In this document: piece by piece, positions 46,410 through 54,574 of the stretch
How the letters are laid out: every line of letters begins with the position of its first letter
How positions within the stretch are numbered: the first letter of the stretch is position 1
NCBI GenBank assembly: GCA_001776545.1
Contig: MFBZ01000020.1
Span: 1-54,574 of the forward strand
Reading direction: 5' to 3'
DNA from: Candidatus Curtissbacteria bacterium RIFCSPLOWO2_12_FULL_41_16
GTDB taxonomy: Bacteria; Patescibacteriota; Microgenomatia; Curtissbacterales; GWA2-41-24
DNA length: 54,574 nucleotides
Notes under the pieces: model-generated
Seen by the model: the letters and a program-made list of their open reading frames with translations, nothing else
The model's database searches: none
What the model was told of the DNA's origin: nothing
Position numbers and translations under genes: made by a program

Positions 46410-48720
46410 CCTGATCTTTGGTCTGGTTTTAACTTGCATTTTAACGTTTCTTTTTTTCTTCCCCCATCTTTTAAAAGGTAAGATACCGATCCCGGCGGAT
46501 AGTCTTTTAGGGCTCTACCACCCGTTCAGGGATAATTCATACACTGGCTACACTCCGGGGCGGTTTCCGGTTAAAAACCCATTAATTACCGACCCGGTTC
46601 TTCAAACATATTCTTGGCGGGCTCTTACCATCGACAACATTAAGGAAGGCAATTTACCACTATGGAATCCTTATAGTTTTTCTGGCCAACCGCTTCTTGC
46701 CAATATTCAATCAGCTCCGTTTCAAGTAACTAACATTTTGTTTTTTATCTTCCCATTTAAAATCGCCTGGGGTATCCAGGTGATTTTAACCTCAATTTTG
46801 ACAAGTCTTTTTATGTTTCTCTTTTTAAAAGACTTAAAGCTTGCCAGCATTGCATCGGTTTTTGGAGCGGTTATTTTGCCTTTTACGGGATTTTTTATTG
46901 CTTGGCTTACTTGGGGTACAGTTATTGCCTCGGCAATGTGGTTGCCGCTTACCCTACTTTCTATAAATAAACTAAAAGCCAAGGTTTCCGGCTTGTGGTT
47001 TTTGATTCTAGTATTTACCCTCGTGCAATCCCTTTTATCCGGACACTGGCAAACAGCCTTTTATGTTAGTTCTTGCGCGTTTTTTTATTTTCTCTTTCTC
47101 CTTCTCAAATCAAGAAATTTAAGAGGATCTCTGGTCATTTTTGCCGCGTTTATACTTGCGGTTTTAATAGCTGGAGTACAACTTGTTCCTTCACTGGAAT
47201 TTATTAAATATTCAGCAAGAAACATCGACCAAGGATATTACCCGCAAAGACCCGATTGGTTTCTACCACCCCAGCACCTAATTCAGTTAGTTGCTCCTGA
47301 CTTCTTTGGCAATCCTGCAAAATATAATTATTGGGGAATCTGGAACTATGCGGAATTTGTTAGTTTTATTGGAATAGTTCCTTTTGTTTTTGTTCTTGTG
47401 TCATTTCTTAAAAAGGAAAGTAAAACATTTTTTTTTGTAATTCTGGCAGCAGTGTCCTTAATGCTTGCGCTTGCAAATCCAATTTCAAAAATCCCCTATG
47501 TTACCCACGTACCACTTGTATCTTCGATGCAACCGTCCCGAATCATTCTCCTTTTCGTCTTTTCCCTGACCGTTTTAGCGGCCTATGGTTTTGATTATTT
47601 CTTAAAAGAAAAATTAAAATTTAAAATATTTTTTCCTGCGATTATTGTTCTTATAGTTTTACTTGCCTTGGCACTTTACACCTTCCTCCAAAAAGACTCC
47701 TTCCCGCTTGCGGGTAATATTGACGCCAGAAGTGTTGCTTTGCGGAATTTGGTTTTGCCAATTACCTTCTCGTTGACCTTTTTATTTCTGATGGTTTTGC
47801 GATTTGCCAAAATCTCCAAGAAAATTATTATACTTGCAATATTCCTAATTACTTTAGCCGATTTGTACAGATTTGGATATAAATTCACTCCTTTTTCAAA
47901 ACTATCTCAAATTTTTCCCAAAACAGAAACGACAGCCTATTTGGCCAGTCAAGAAAAACCCTTTAGAATACTTTCAACTGACCGCCGCCTGATGCACCCC
48001 AATATCTCCGGTGTTTACCAAATTGAGTCCGCCGACGGCTATGACCCTCTATACTTGCAAAAGTATGGCCAATTGGTCTCTGTCTGGCAAACAAGCAATC
48101 CTAAAGTCGCCAGCGGTTCTTTCAACCGGATAATTACGCCCCAAAAGTACGACTCAAAACTGGTAGATCTTTTGAATGTTAAATATATTTTAAGCTTTGA
48201 TGAAATCGAAAGTCCGAATTTAATTAAAGTTTTTGAAGAGGGGGAAACAAAAGTTTACGAGAATCTACGAGTTTTGCCTCGTGCTTTTTTTGCCGAAGAG
48301 ATAGTTAAAGCAGCAAGCGACAAGGAGGAACTCGCCAAAATTTTGGATGATAGTTTTAATCTGTCAACTTCTGCCACGTCTTACAAATTCAGTTTTGAAA
48401 AGCAAAATATTTTGGCGAAAGTTAATTTTGAAAAGTACACCGACCAAGTATTGGTGCTAAAAACAGTCACCGACAAAGAATCGCCACTAATTATTTCAAA
48501 TGTATTTTATCCCGGGTGGCAAGCATATATTGATGGCAAAAAAACCGATATTCACGAAGTAGACTATATGTTTCAATCAGTCATCATCCCCGAAGGCCGG
48601 CACGAGGTTAAATTTCAGTTTAGACCAAAATCTTTTTATAATGGTCTTTATCTTTCGATCCTAGGGCTGTTCGGAGCGATTTTAATATCAATATTTTTAT
48701 GGAAAAGAAAATATCGGTAA
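46390..48720 (+). CDS. YfhO-family membrane glycosyltransferase-like protein
   Basis: IPAD, PLWNPYSFSGQPLLAN.QS, SGHWQ, PDFFGNP, DGYDPL, LNVKY, LPRAF, FYPGWQAYIDG. Confidence 0.8.
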   Translation: MKKSSFNLIFGLVLTCILTFLFFFPHLLKGKIPIPADSLLGLYHPFRDNSYTGYTPGRFPVKNPLITDPVLQTYSWRALTIDNIKEGNLPLWNPYSFSGQPLLANIQSAPFQVTNILFFIFPFKIAWGIQVILTSILTSLFMFLFLKDLKLASIASVFGAVILPFTGFFIAWLTWGTVIASAMWLPLTLLSINKLKAKVSGLWFLILVFTLVQSLLSGHWQTAFYVSSCAFFYFLFLLLKSRNLRGSLVIFAAFILAVLIAGVQLVPSLEFIKYSARNIDQGYYPQRPDWFLPPQHLIQLVAPDFFGNPAKYNYWGIWNYAEFVSFIGIVPFVFVLVSFLKKESKTFFFVILAAVSLMLALANPISKIPYVTHVPLVSSMQPSRIILLFVFSLTVLAAYGFDYFLKEKLKFKIFFPAIIVLIVLLALALYTFLQKDSFPLAGNIDARSVALRNLVLPITFSLTFLFLMVLRFAKISKKIIILAIFLITLADLYRFGYKFTPFSKLSQIFPKTETTAYLASQEKPFRILSTDRRLMHPNISGVYQIESADGYDPLYLQKYGQLVSVWQTSNPKVASGSFNRIITPQKYDSKLVDLLNVKYILSFDEIESPNLIKVFEEGETKVYENLRVLPRAFFAEEIVKAASDKEELAKILDDSFNLSTSATSYKFSFEKQNILAKVNFEKYTDQVLVLKTVTDKESPLIISNVFYPGWQAYIDGKKTDIHEVDYMFQSVIIPEGRHEVKFQFRPKSFYNGLYLSILGLFGAILISIFLWKRKYR

Positions 48721-49631
48721 TAATTCCAAATTACAACGGCAAACATCTCCTTGGAAAAAACCTGCCGAGTGTTATTAAAAACTGCTCCAACTGTCAAATT
48801 ATTGTTATCGATGATGCTTCAACTGACGAGTCGGTAGATTTTATTCGGAAAAACTTCGGTCAGATAAAGTTAATTGTAAATAAGAAAAATTCAGGTTTTG
48901 CTTGTTCGATAAACATTGCCGTAAATAAAGCGGGCGGCAATTTGGTTCTTCTTTTAAATTCGGATGTTTCTCCAAGAACTGATTTTTTAAAACCCGCTCT
49001 TGCCCGCTTTGAAAATAAATTAAAAAGGCAGCCGGTCTTTGCGGTTGGCCTTGCCGATCTTTCCCATGAGGATAGCAAGGTAGTTGTCAGGGGTAGGGGA
49101 GGCGCAGTTTTTGATAAAGGTTTTGTCAGGCATTTTGCGGTTTTGCCAGAACCCGGAGAAACCCTTTGGGTTTCCGGCGGTTCCGGCCTTTTTGACAGGC
49201 GAAAATTTTTAGAACTTGGGGGACTTGATCCCATTTTTGCACCGTTTTATTGGGAGGATATCGATTTATGCTATCGAGCTCAAAAATCCGGTCTTGCTTG
49301 TCTGTTTGAGCCGAAAGCCCGCGTTGATCACTTTCATAAAGAAGGAATAATCCGCAAAAAATACTCAAAGTTTTTCATCAAAACTGTTGCCTACAAAAAC
49401 CAATTCCTCTTTGTTTGGAAAAACATATCTGACTACTTAATGCTTACCCGGCATTTGCTCTGGCTTCCTTATCATTTTGCCAAGTCGTTAGTGATCTTTG
49501 ATTTTGCATTTTTTGCCGGTTTTTTCTGGGCAATATTAAAATTGCCAAAACTTATTCTTAATTACCAGCAGCCAGAAACCAACCACCAGCTACCAGATCG
49601 GGAGGTCTTAAAAAAATTTGCAAAACCATAA
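48699..49631 (+). CDS. GT2 glycosyltransferase (rhamnosyltransferase-like)
   Basis: VIIPNYNG, IDDASTD, NSGFA..N, LLNSDV, FYWEDIDLCYRA. Confidence 0.85.
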   Translation: MEKKISVIIPNYNGKHLLGKNLPSVIKNCSNCQIIVIDDASTDESVDFIRKNFGQIKLIVNKKNSGFACSINIAVNKAGGNLVLLLNSDVSPRTDFLKPALARFENKLKRQPVFAVGLADLSHEDSKVVVRGRGGAVFDKGFVRHFAVLPEPGETLWVSGGSGLFDRRKFLELGGLDPIFAPFYWEDIDLCYRAQKSGLACLFEPKARVDHFHKEGIIRKKYSKFFIKTVAYKNQFLFVWKNISDYLMLTRHLLWLPYHFAKSLVIFDFAFFAGFFWAILKLPKLILNYQQPETNHQLPDREVLKKFAKP

Positions 49632-50388
49632 TATCCTTTGGAATCCAAAACTTGCCCCCAAAATCATTGTTGTCATGCCGGCTTATAATGCCCAAACGAC
49701 AGTAAAAAAAACTTACGATGATTTACCCAAAGATTTAATCCAGGAAGTTATTCTTGTTGACGATGCCTCGCATGATAAAACAGCAGAACGCGCCAGAGAA
49801 ATCGGTATCACCGTTTATACCCATCGGGAAAATAAAGGTTACGGTGGTAATCAAAAAACTTGCTATGACCAAGCACTAAAGCGCAAACCTGACATTGTTG
49901 TTATGGTCCACCCCGACTATCAATATGATGCAAGACTTGTTGGTGTTTTATGCGAACCAATTGTTAATGGTCGAACCGATATTATGCTTGGGTCACGAAT
50001 CCAAACAAGAAAACAAGTATTGGCAGGAGGAATGCCACTCTGGAAATATTTTGCCAACCGTATCTTAACTTTAGTTGAAAATCTGGCAATGGGTTTAAAC
50101 CTTTCGGAGTATCATACTGGTTTTAGAGCTTTTTCAGTAAAGGTCTTTAAGACTATTCCTTATAGCCAATTCTCAAATGATTTTGTTTTTGATCAACAAA
50201 TATTAATTTCAGCCTTATCTTACGGTTTTAATATTTCCGAGATTCCCGTTCCTTGCAAATATTTCCCCGAAGCTTCCTCCATCAACTTCCGCCGCTCGGC
50301 CAAATATGGCATCTTAACTCTATGGACCGTTTTTACTTACCTTTTGCACCAGGCCGGTTTGATTAAATTTAGGATATTAAAAAAATAA
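49618..50388 (+). CDS. GT2 polyprenol-phosphate glycosyltransferase-like
   Basis: VMPAYNA, VDDASHD, GYGGNQKTCY, VHPDYQY, GSR, SEYHTGFRA, ASSI. Confidence 0.85.
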   Translation: MQNHNILWNPKLAPKIIVVMPAYNAQTTVKKTYDDLPKDLIQEVILVDDASHDKTAERAREIGITVYTHRENKGYGGNQKTCYDQALKRKPDIVVMVHPDYQYDARLVGVLCEPIVNGRTDIMLGSRIQTRKQVLAGGMPLWKYFANRILTLVENLAMGLNLSEYHTGFRAFSVKVFKTIPYSQFSNDFVFDQQILISALSYGFNISEIPVPCKYFPEASSINFRRSAKYGILTLWTVFTYLLHQAGLIKFRILKK

Positions 50389-50410
50389 AAAAATATAAAA
50401 ATCCGCTTTG

Positions 50411-51631
50411 CTAATGCAAATAGTTGAAGAAATCAAGTAGGGGATATGAATTCCAAATACTTGCCATATAAAAAGAGTCAAAGATAATGCCTGCAGTTAT
50501 AAGAACTTTAGCAGTTGATGTCAGTCCTCTCCCAAAGGCCGACAAAAGCATCAAAAACAACAAAGGCAGGAAATCTAAGCTGTATCTGTATCCGAATTGA
50601 GATGCGCCCATTCCAAAATAGACCAAAGATGGAAACAAAAGAATGGCAATTGTAATTATGGCTGAGAATGTGTAGGGTTTAATCTTTGCCATAAAAAGAT
50701 AAAAGAATAATGGCGAAGTAAACCAAATTGCCATACCGAATTGGTTTGCCCGAAAGTACGGAAAGTCTAAAATAAATTGGTAAAATTCTTTTTTGACCGG
50801 TTCCGGGGGCATCACCAAAAGAGCGTATAAATTTGCGGGAATGTGCACAGGGCTGAACCATCCGAGTTTGTAATTGTAATAATTCTTGTCCAAAACCGAG
50901 ACGTTGCGCGTGTAGCCTGTATCAAAAACTGAACCAAACCTGCGAAAATTGTAAAGTCCCGATATTGTTATTGAGAAAAATATTGGTAAAAGTAACAAAA
51001 CAAGGCTTTTTTGAAAGTTGAGTTTTGTTCTATTTCGAAAAATTTCTAGCAGAAAAAATAGTGTCATACCAAATAATGTAATTCTAGTGGCCCCGGCAGT
51101 TGCCACCAAAACCCCAATAACAAGCCACCTTCTTTTTGAGAAATATTCCAAAAGTGATAAAACTACAAATGCCGTCCCGACAGCCTGCACGATATAAGCC
51201 GAGATATTTACCAGTCCCACAAAATATAAAACAGTCCCAAAGACAAAGAAGTTTGAAAGCCAAAAAGCATCAATCCCGCTAAATTTAAATTTTCTGGTCA
51301 GCATAAAGATTGCAACATAAGTTATAACCAAAGAAATAATTGATAATGTTATTTGTGGGAAATTCTTTCCCCAAGCTGCAACTGCCGGCATCAAAAGAAT
51401 TGAAGGTATCGGTCCAAAAAACAAATATTGCTTACCTTTAAAATCAACAAAATCACCATTCGGCAAATTATTTGGTGACAGGAAAAGATCACCATTAATA
51501 AAACTTTGTGCGAGAAGTGAGAAGTGTTTGTCGATGTTGAACCATCCCGCCCGATAAGTGATAAAGCCCGCAAAAACTGCAAAGATAAAAACCGAAAGCG
51601 GGGCGGCAAAAGAAAGATTGATTTTGAACAT
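50411..51631 (-). CDS. Polytopic membrane protein, probable GT-C-like
   Basis: About 10 TMs; Y.FFGP.P, YNFRRFGS.FDTGY, QFGYRYSLDF. Confidence 0.55.
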   Translation of the reverse strand: MFKINLSFAAPLSVFIFAVFAGFITYRAGWFNIDKHFSLLAQSFINGDLFLSPNNLPNGDFVDFKGKQYLFFGPIPSILLMPAVAAWGKNFPQITLSIISLVITYVAIFMLTRKFKFSGIDAFWLSNFFVFGTVLYFVGLVNISAYIVQAVGTAFVVLSLLEYFSKRRWLVIGVLVATAGATRITLFGMTLFFLLEIFRNRTKLNFQKSLVLLLLPIFFSITISGLYNFRRFGSVFDTGYTRNVSVLDKNYYNYKLGWFSPVHIPANLYALLVMPPEPVKKEFYQFILDFPYFRANQFGMAIWFTSPLFFYLFMAKIKPYTFSAIITIAILLFPSLVYFGMGASQFGYRYSLDFLPLLFLMLLSAFGRGLTSTAKVLITAGIIFDSFYMASIWNSYPLLDFFNYLH

Positions 51632-51646
51632 AAGCTGAATGATTTA

Positions 51647-52651
51647 TTATATAATAATTTTAAATTGCCCTAAAATTTTTAAAAATTCTGCCTTTTTTTC
51701 TTCTGTGACTTTTACGCAAACTACTCCCTGGTCAGGCTGACCGTAAAAAACCGACGATCCAACCGGTGCCAAAAGCACGACAGGTAAAACTGCCAAATCT
51801 TCCTCTCCAAGTACTCTGATCGCTGCGGGTTTTACCAAGTTCTCCTGGAAAATTTTGATGATTGCCAGGATCAAAGATCTTTTGATACAACCGGCTCTAT
51901 TTATAACAGTTATTGCGGTAATTTTACGGCTAAATCCAAGCTCACTGAGGGTTCTGAATTGTTTTTTCCTGGCAATTTTGAAATCAACAATTGCCAGATT
52001 TAGCAAGATTCCCGCTTTGATAAAATTACTGGTTGTTTGGTCACCAACAGTAATAACCGTAGAATCTAATTGGCGGAATTCGATCTCATCTGTGCTTGAA
52101 AACAGCTGACCGTGTGGCCTGGCAAGCTCCAAGCGAAGTTTTTGAGGGAGATTAAATTGGCCTGTTTGTGATAAGAATTTATAAAAACTGAAACCCTCAC
52201 GGTTGATAATTCCTTCTTTAATTCGGCCTGTGGAAATTATTTTGCCATCATCTGCCACAGCCATTGGGCAGACGATTATAGGAAGCGGCAAAAGACCTGC
52301 TCTTTGACGTTTTTTATTGACGAGACGTCCACCGGCAAATGTTTCAGTGGTTAGCAGAAGACTATCGACAGTTTTATCTGAAAGCGTTGAACCGAAAATA
52401 TCATTTAATAAAACAATTTTGGCACGGGCAAGATATCCCCCTTGTTTAAGAAAAGTCTCAAGTTCACCAAGACGAATCTTTAAATCTCTGGTATCATTTT
52501 TGCCGTTTTTGTGGACCATTTGATCGGTTGTTATCCCGACAGAGACGCGAGCTGCCCGTAAAAAAGCAAACTCCAAAAACCTGCGATGTCCGCGATGCAA
52601 ATAATCAAACGTACCACCACAAGCTAAGTGTTTATATGTATATTGTTTCAC
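51647..52651 (-). CDS. coaD: Archaeal-type phosphopantetheine adenylyltransferase fused to DUF359 (GTP-dependent dephospho-CoA kinase family)
   Basis: GGTFDYLHRGH, GITTD, LND.FG, ET..G..VN..R...GL.PL, ISTGRIK; then L..P.G, VITVGD, IVDFKI.R, N.AG.I, GEEDLAVLP, YGQP. GTG 52651 follows TATAAT by 6 nt. Confidence 0.8.
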   Translation of the reverse strand: MKQYTYKHLACGGTFDYLHRGHRRFLEFAFLRAARVSVGITTDQMVHKNGKNDTRDLKIRLGELETFLKQGGYLARAKIVLLNDIFGSTLSDKTVDSLLLTTETFAGGRLVNKKRQRAGLLPLPIIVCPMAVADDGKIISTGRIKEGIINREGFSFYKFLSQTGQFNLPQKLRLELARPHGQLFSSTDEIEFRQLDSTVITVGDQTTSNFIKAGILLNLAIVDFKIARKKQFRTLSELGFSRKITAITVINRAGCIKRSLILAIIKIFQENLVKPAAIRVLGEEDLAVLPVVLLAPVGSSVFYGQPDQGVVCVKVTEEKKAEFLKILGQFKIII

Positions 52652-52657
52652 GCCTAC

Positions 52658-52688
52658 ATTATACATAGCGCAATTTGCATGTTAAAAT
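52658..52688. promoter_or_regulatory. Back-to-back divergent leaderless-type promoters for coaD and pyrC
   Basis: Minus-strand TATAAT (52663-52658) 6 nt before GTG; plus-strand TGtTAAAAT (52680-52688) 8 nt before ATG 52697. Confidence 0.55.
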
Positions 52689-52696
52689 CAAAAAAA

Positions 52697-53764
52697 ATGA
52701 AAAGTAACAAACTTATTAAATTACCGGGGCTTGTCGATGTCCATGTCCATCTTCGCGAGCCAGGTGCTACCCAAAAAGAAAATTTTGAGACCGGGACGCG
52801 CGCCGCTGTAGCCGGAGGTTACACCCAAATTTTGGACATGCCCAATAATGTTCCGCCGACTGTCACGCCTTGGTCCTTGGATGACAAGATCAAACTAACC
52901 AAAGGACGCATCTGGTGCGATTTAGGATTCAACTTTGGCGCAACAGGCAATTCAACCCAATATTTTACAAAAATTGCCAAAAGGGTTTTTGGTCTTAAAG
53001 TCTATATGAATCAGACCACCGGTCCACTTCTTATCGAAAAATTAAAGGAGCGTGAGTTAATCTTCAAATCCTGGCAAAGCCCACTTCCCATTATGGTCCA
53101 TGCCCAAGGCGTAACAGTTGAAGTTGCTATAAAACTCGCCCAAAAGTACCGAAAATCTATCCATGTATGTCACGTCACTACTGATCAAATGAAATCAATA
53201 GAAAAAGCCAAAAAAGAAGGCCTCAAAATAACTTCGGAAGTTTGTCCTCATCATCTTTTTCTTAATAAAGAAGACGTTAAACGGCTGGGTCCGTTAGGAA
53301 TCATGAAGCCGCCGCTTTTGTCAAAACGTGATTCATGTCAGCTTTGGGAAAATCTGGATAAAATAGATATGATTGCCACGGATCATGCGCCCCATACTCT
53401 TACTGAGAAGTATGATCAAGTCAGCCCAAAATTTGGAGTACCAGGACTGGAGACCTCCCTACCGTTGATGCTTCAGGCCGTAGCTTGCGGTCGCCTGACA
53501 ATTGAAAGACTTATCGAGATGACAACCACAAATCCCCGCCGAATTTTTAAATTACCGGCTCAACCTAAAACCTTTATTCTTATTGATTTTTCCAAAACTT
53601 ACAAAATCTCAAATAAAAAACTATTTACTAAGTGTGACTGGACTCCATTTGCGGGACTCGAAGGCAGGGGAGAGATAAAAAAAGTTGTCATTCGTGGAAA
53701 AACAGTTTTTCAAGACGGTAAATTTGTAGGTAAACCTACCGGCAAAGTTATTTATCCAAACTGA
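52697..53764 (+). CDS. pyrC: Dihydroorotase
   Basis: PGLVDVHVHLREPG, AAVAGG...DMPN, GLKVYM, VHA, HVCHV, EVCPHHL, KPPL, IATDHAPH, PG.ET, WTPF.G. Confidence 0.9.
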   Translation: MKSNKLIKLPGLVDVHVHLREPGATQKENFETGTRAAVAGGYTQILDMPNNVPPTVTPWSLDDKIKLTKGRIWCDLGFNFGATGNSTQYFTKIAKRVFGLKVYMNQTTGPLLIEKLKERELIFKSWQSPLPIMVHAQGVTVEVAIKLAQKYRKSIHVCHVTTDQMKSIEKAKKEGLKITSEVCPHHLFLNKEDVKRLGPLGIMKPPLLSKRDSCQLWENLDKIDMIATDHAPHTLTEKYDQVSPKFGVPGLETSLPLMLQAVACGRLTIERLIEMTTTNPRRIFKLPAQPKTFILIDFSKTYKISNKKLFTKCDWTPFAGLEGRGEIKKVVIRGKTVFQDGKFVGKPTGKVIYPN

Positions 53765-53808
53765 ACTCAACCCGCACTTAATCCGAATCCCGCTTATTTA
53801 ATTCCCCC

Positions 53809-53838
53809 TTGACTCCAGAACATATAGTCGGGTAATAT
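53809..53838 (+). promoter_or_regulatory. lexA promoter (leaderless type) with candidate operator
   Basis: TTGACT-18 nt-TAATAT, 7 nt before the ATG; dyad GACT-N11-AGTC spans the spacer. Confidence 0.5.
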
Positions 53839-53845
53839 AAATTCA

Positions 53846-54484
53846 ATGAATCTACCCATTACACCAAGACAAAAGCAAATGCTGTCCATAATATATAACT
53901 ACATTAAAAACTCAGGTTACCCCCCTACATTTGAAGAAATGAAAAATAGGCTTGGTGTTTCTTCCAATCAATCAGTTTTAGATCTCCTCAATAAACTTGA
54001 AGAAAAGAAGGCAATCAAAAGAAACGAATCTGTCGCAAGAAGCATTGCAATTTTGCCTTTAGGATATGAGATTCTTGACAATCCGCCTTTAGTTCCATTT
54101 TTGGGATTAAGCCATGCTGGTTCACCGATGGAGGCGATTCAAATCGAAGGAGAATGGCAGCCCCTTTCTTCAAATGTGGCCAAGCTTGAGGAAGAGGTGT
54201 TTTTACTTAAAGTCTCAGGCGACTCTATGATAAATGCGGGAATAGACGATGGAGATTTAGTGTTGGTTAAAAGACATAAAGAGTTTGTTTCTGGAGATAT
54301 TGTACTTGCGAGAATTGGAGATGACGTAACTATAAAGCGCTTTGTATCCGAGGATAAGCCGCCATACTTATACCTCAAACCGGAAAATCCAAGTTATGAA
54401 ATTATTCACTTCACCGAAGATGTAGTTTTAGACGGAAAAGTCATTTCAATTTTAAAAAATGGTCAATGGAGACCGATTTTGTAA
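53846..54484 (+). CDS. lexA: SOS repressor LexA
   Basis: TPRQ...GYPPT..E....LG..S HTH; Ala-Gly cleavage site (HAGSP); catalytic GDSM and TIKR. Confidence 0.92.
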   Translation: MNLPITPRQKQMLSIIYNYIKNSGYPPTFEEMKNRLGVSSNQSVLDLLNKLEEKKAIKRNESVARSIAILPLGYEILDNPPLVPFLGLSHAGSPMEAIQIEGEWQPLSSNVAKLEEEVFLLKVSGDSMINAGIDDGDLVLVKRHKEFVSGDIVLARIGDDVTIKRFVSEDKPPYLYLKPENPSYEIIHFTEDVVLDGKVISILKNGQWRPIL

Positions 54485-54488
54485 TTTC

Positions 54489-54574
54489 TTCGAAGAAAAG
54501 CTTTGCTTATTCGAAGAAAAGCTTTGCTTATTCGAAGAAAAGCTTTGCTTATTCGAAGAAAAGCTTTGCTTATT
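54489..54574. repeat. Perfect 21-bp tandem repeat (TTCGAAGAAAAGCTTTGCTTA)x4+, running off the window end
   Basis: Four identical units plus 2 nt; no spacers. Confidence 0.9.

Noticed and set aside
52665-52680. Third copy of the PaaX palindrome (GCGCAATTTGC) between coaD and pyrC
   Set aside because: Only a short gapped core matches; compatible with chance.
54489-54574. CRISPR array
   Set aside because: The units are contiguous with no spacers, and there are no cas genes in the window.
1-54574. Genetic code 25 (TGA = Gly) as in Gracilibacteria/Absconditabacteria
   Set aside because: Full-length conserved genes end at TGA (rmlA, ugd, gmd, pyrC) and have no internal TGA.

Overview
AT-rich bacterial chromosomal segment read with the standard code (TGA, TAA and TAG all end genes). 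Gene content and style suggest a Patescibacteria/CPR genome, probably Microgenomates; this is inference. Layout: (1) 1-5.8 kb, a secreted surface-protein operon, with a SipW-type signal peptidase I fused in frame to its own SipW-type signal peptide plus a lamin-tail domain, then a TasA/CalY-like lamin-tail protein and a modular M23 peptidase. (2) 6.7-51.6 kb, a ~45 kb glycan locus with rmlABCD, ugd, rmd/gmd, a second dehydrogenase/epimerase pair, nine soluble or polyprenol-type GT2/GT4 enzymes, about 11 polytopic GT-C-like proteins, GtrA and Wzx flippases. (3) An archaeal-type CoaD-DUF359 fusion, pyrC and lexA, ending in a 21-bp tandem repeat at the window edge. The most unusual signal: three unrelated single genes interrupt the operons (TrpR-like YerC/YecD, a RAYT/Y1 HUH transposase, and a PaaX/Cas2-like protein). 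Each is tightly bracketed by two copies of its own palindrome, one over the promoter/start and one just after the stop. Gene-less palindrome doublets and several REP-like hairpins embedded in frame in proteins also occur. Many internal promoters have a -10 box 6-8 nt before the start codon, suggesting leaderless mRNAs. No tRNA, rRNA or CRISPR array was seen. All protein calls come from motif recognition by eye; no database search was run.
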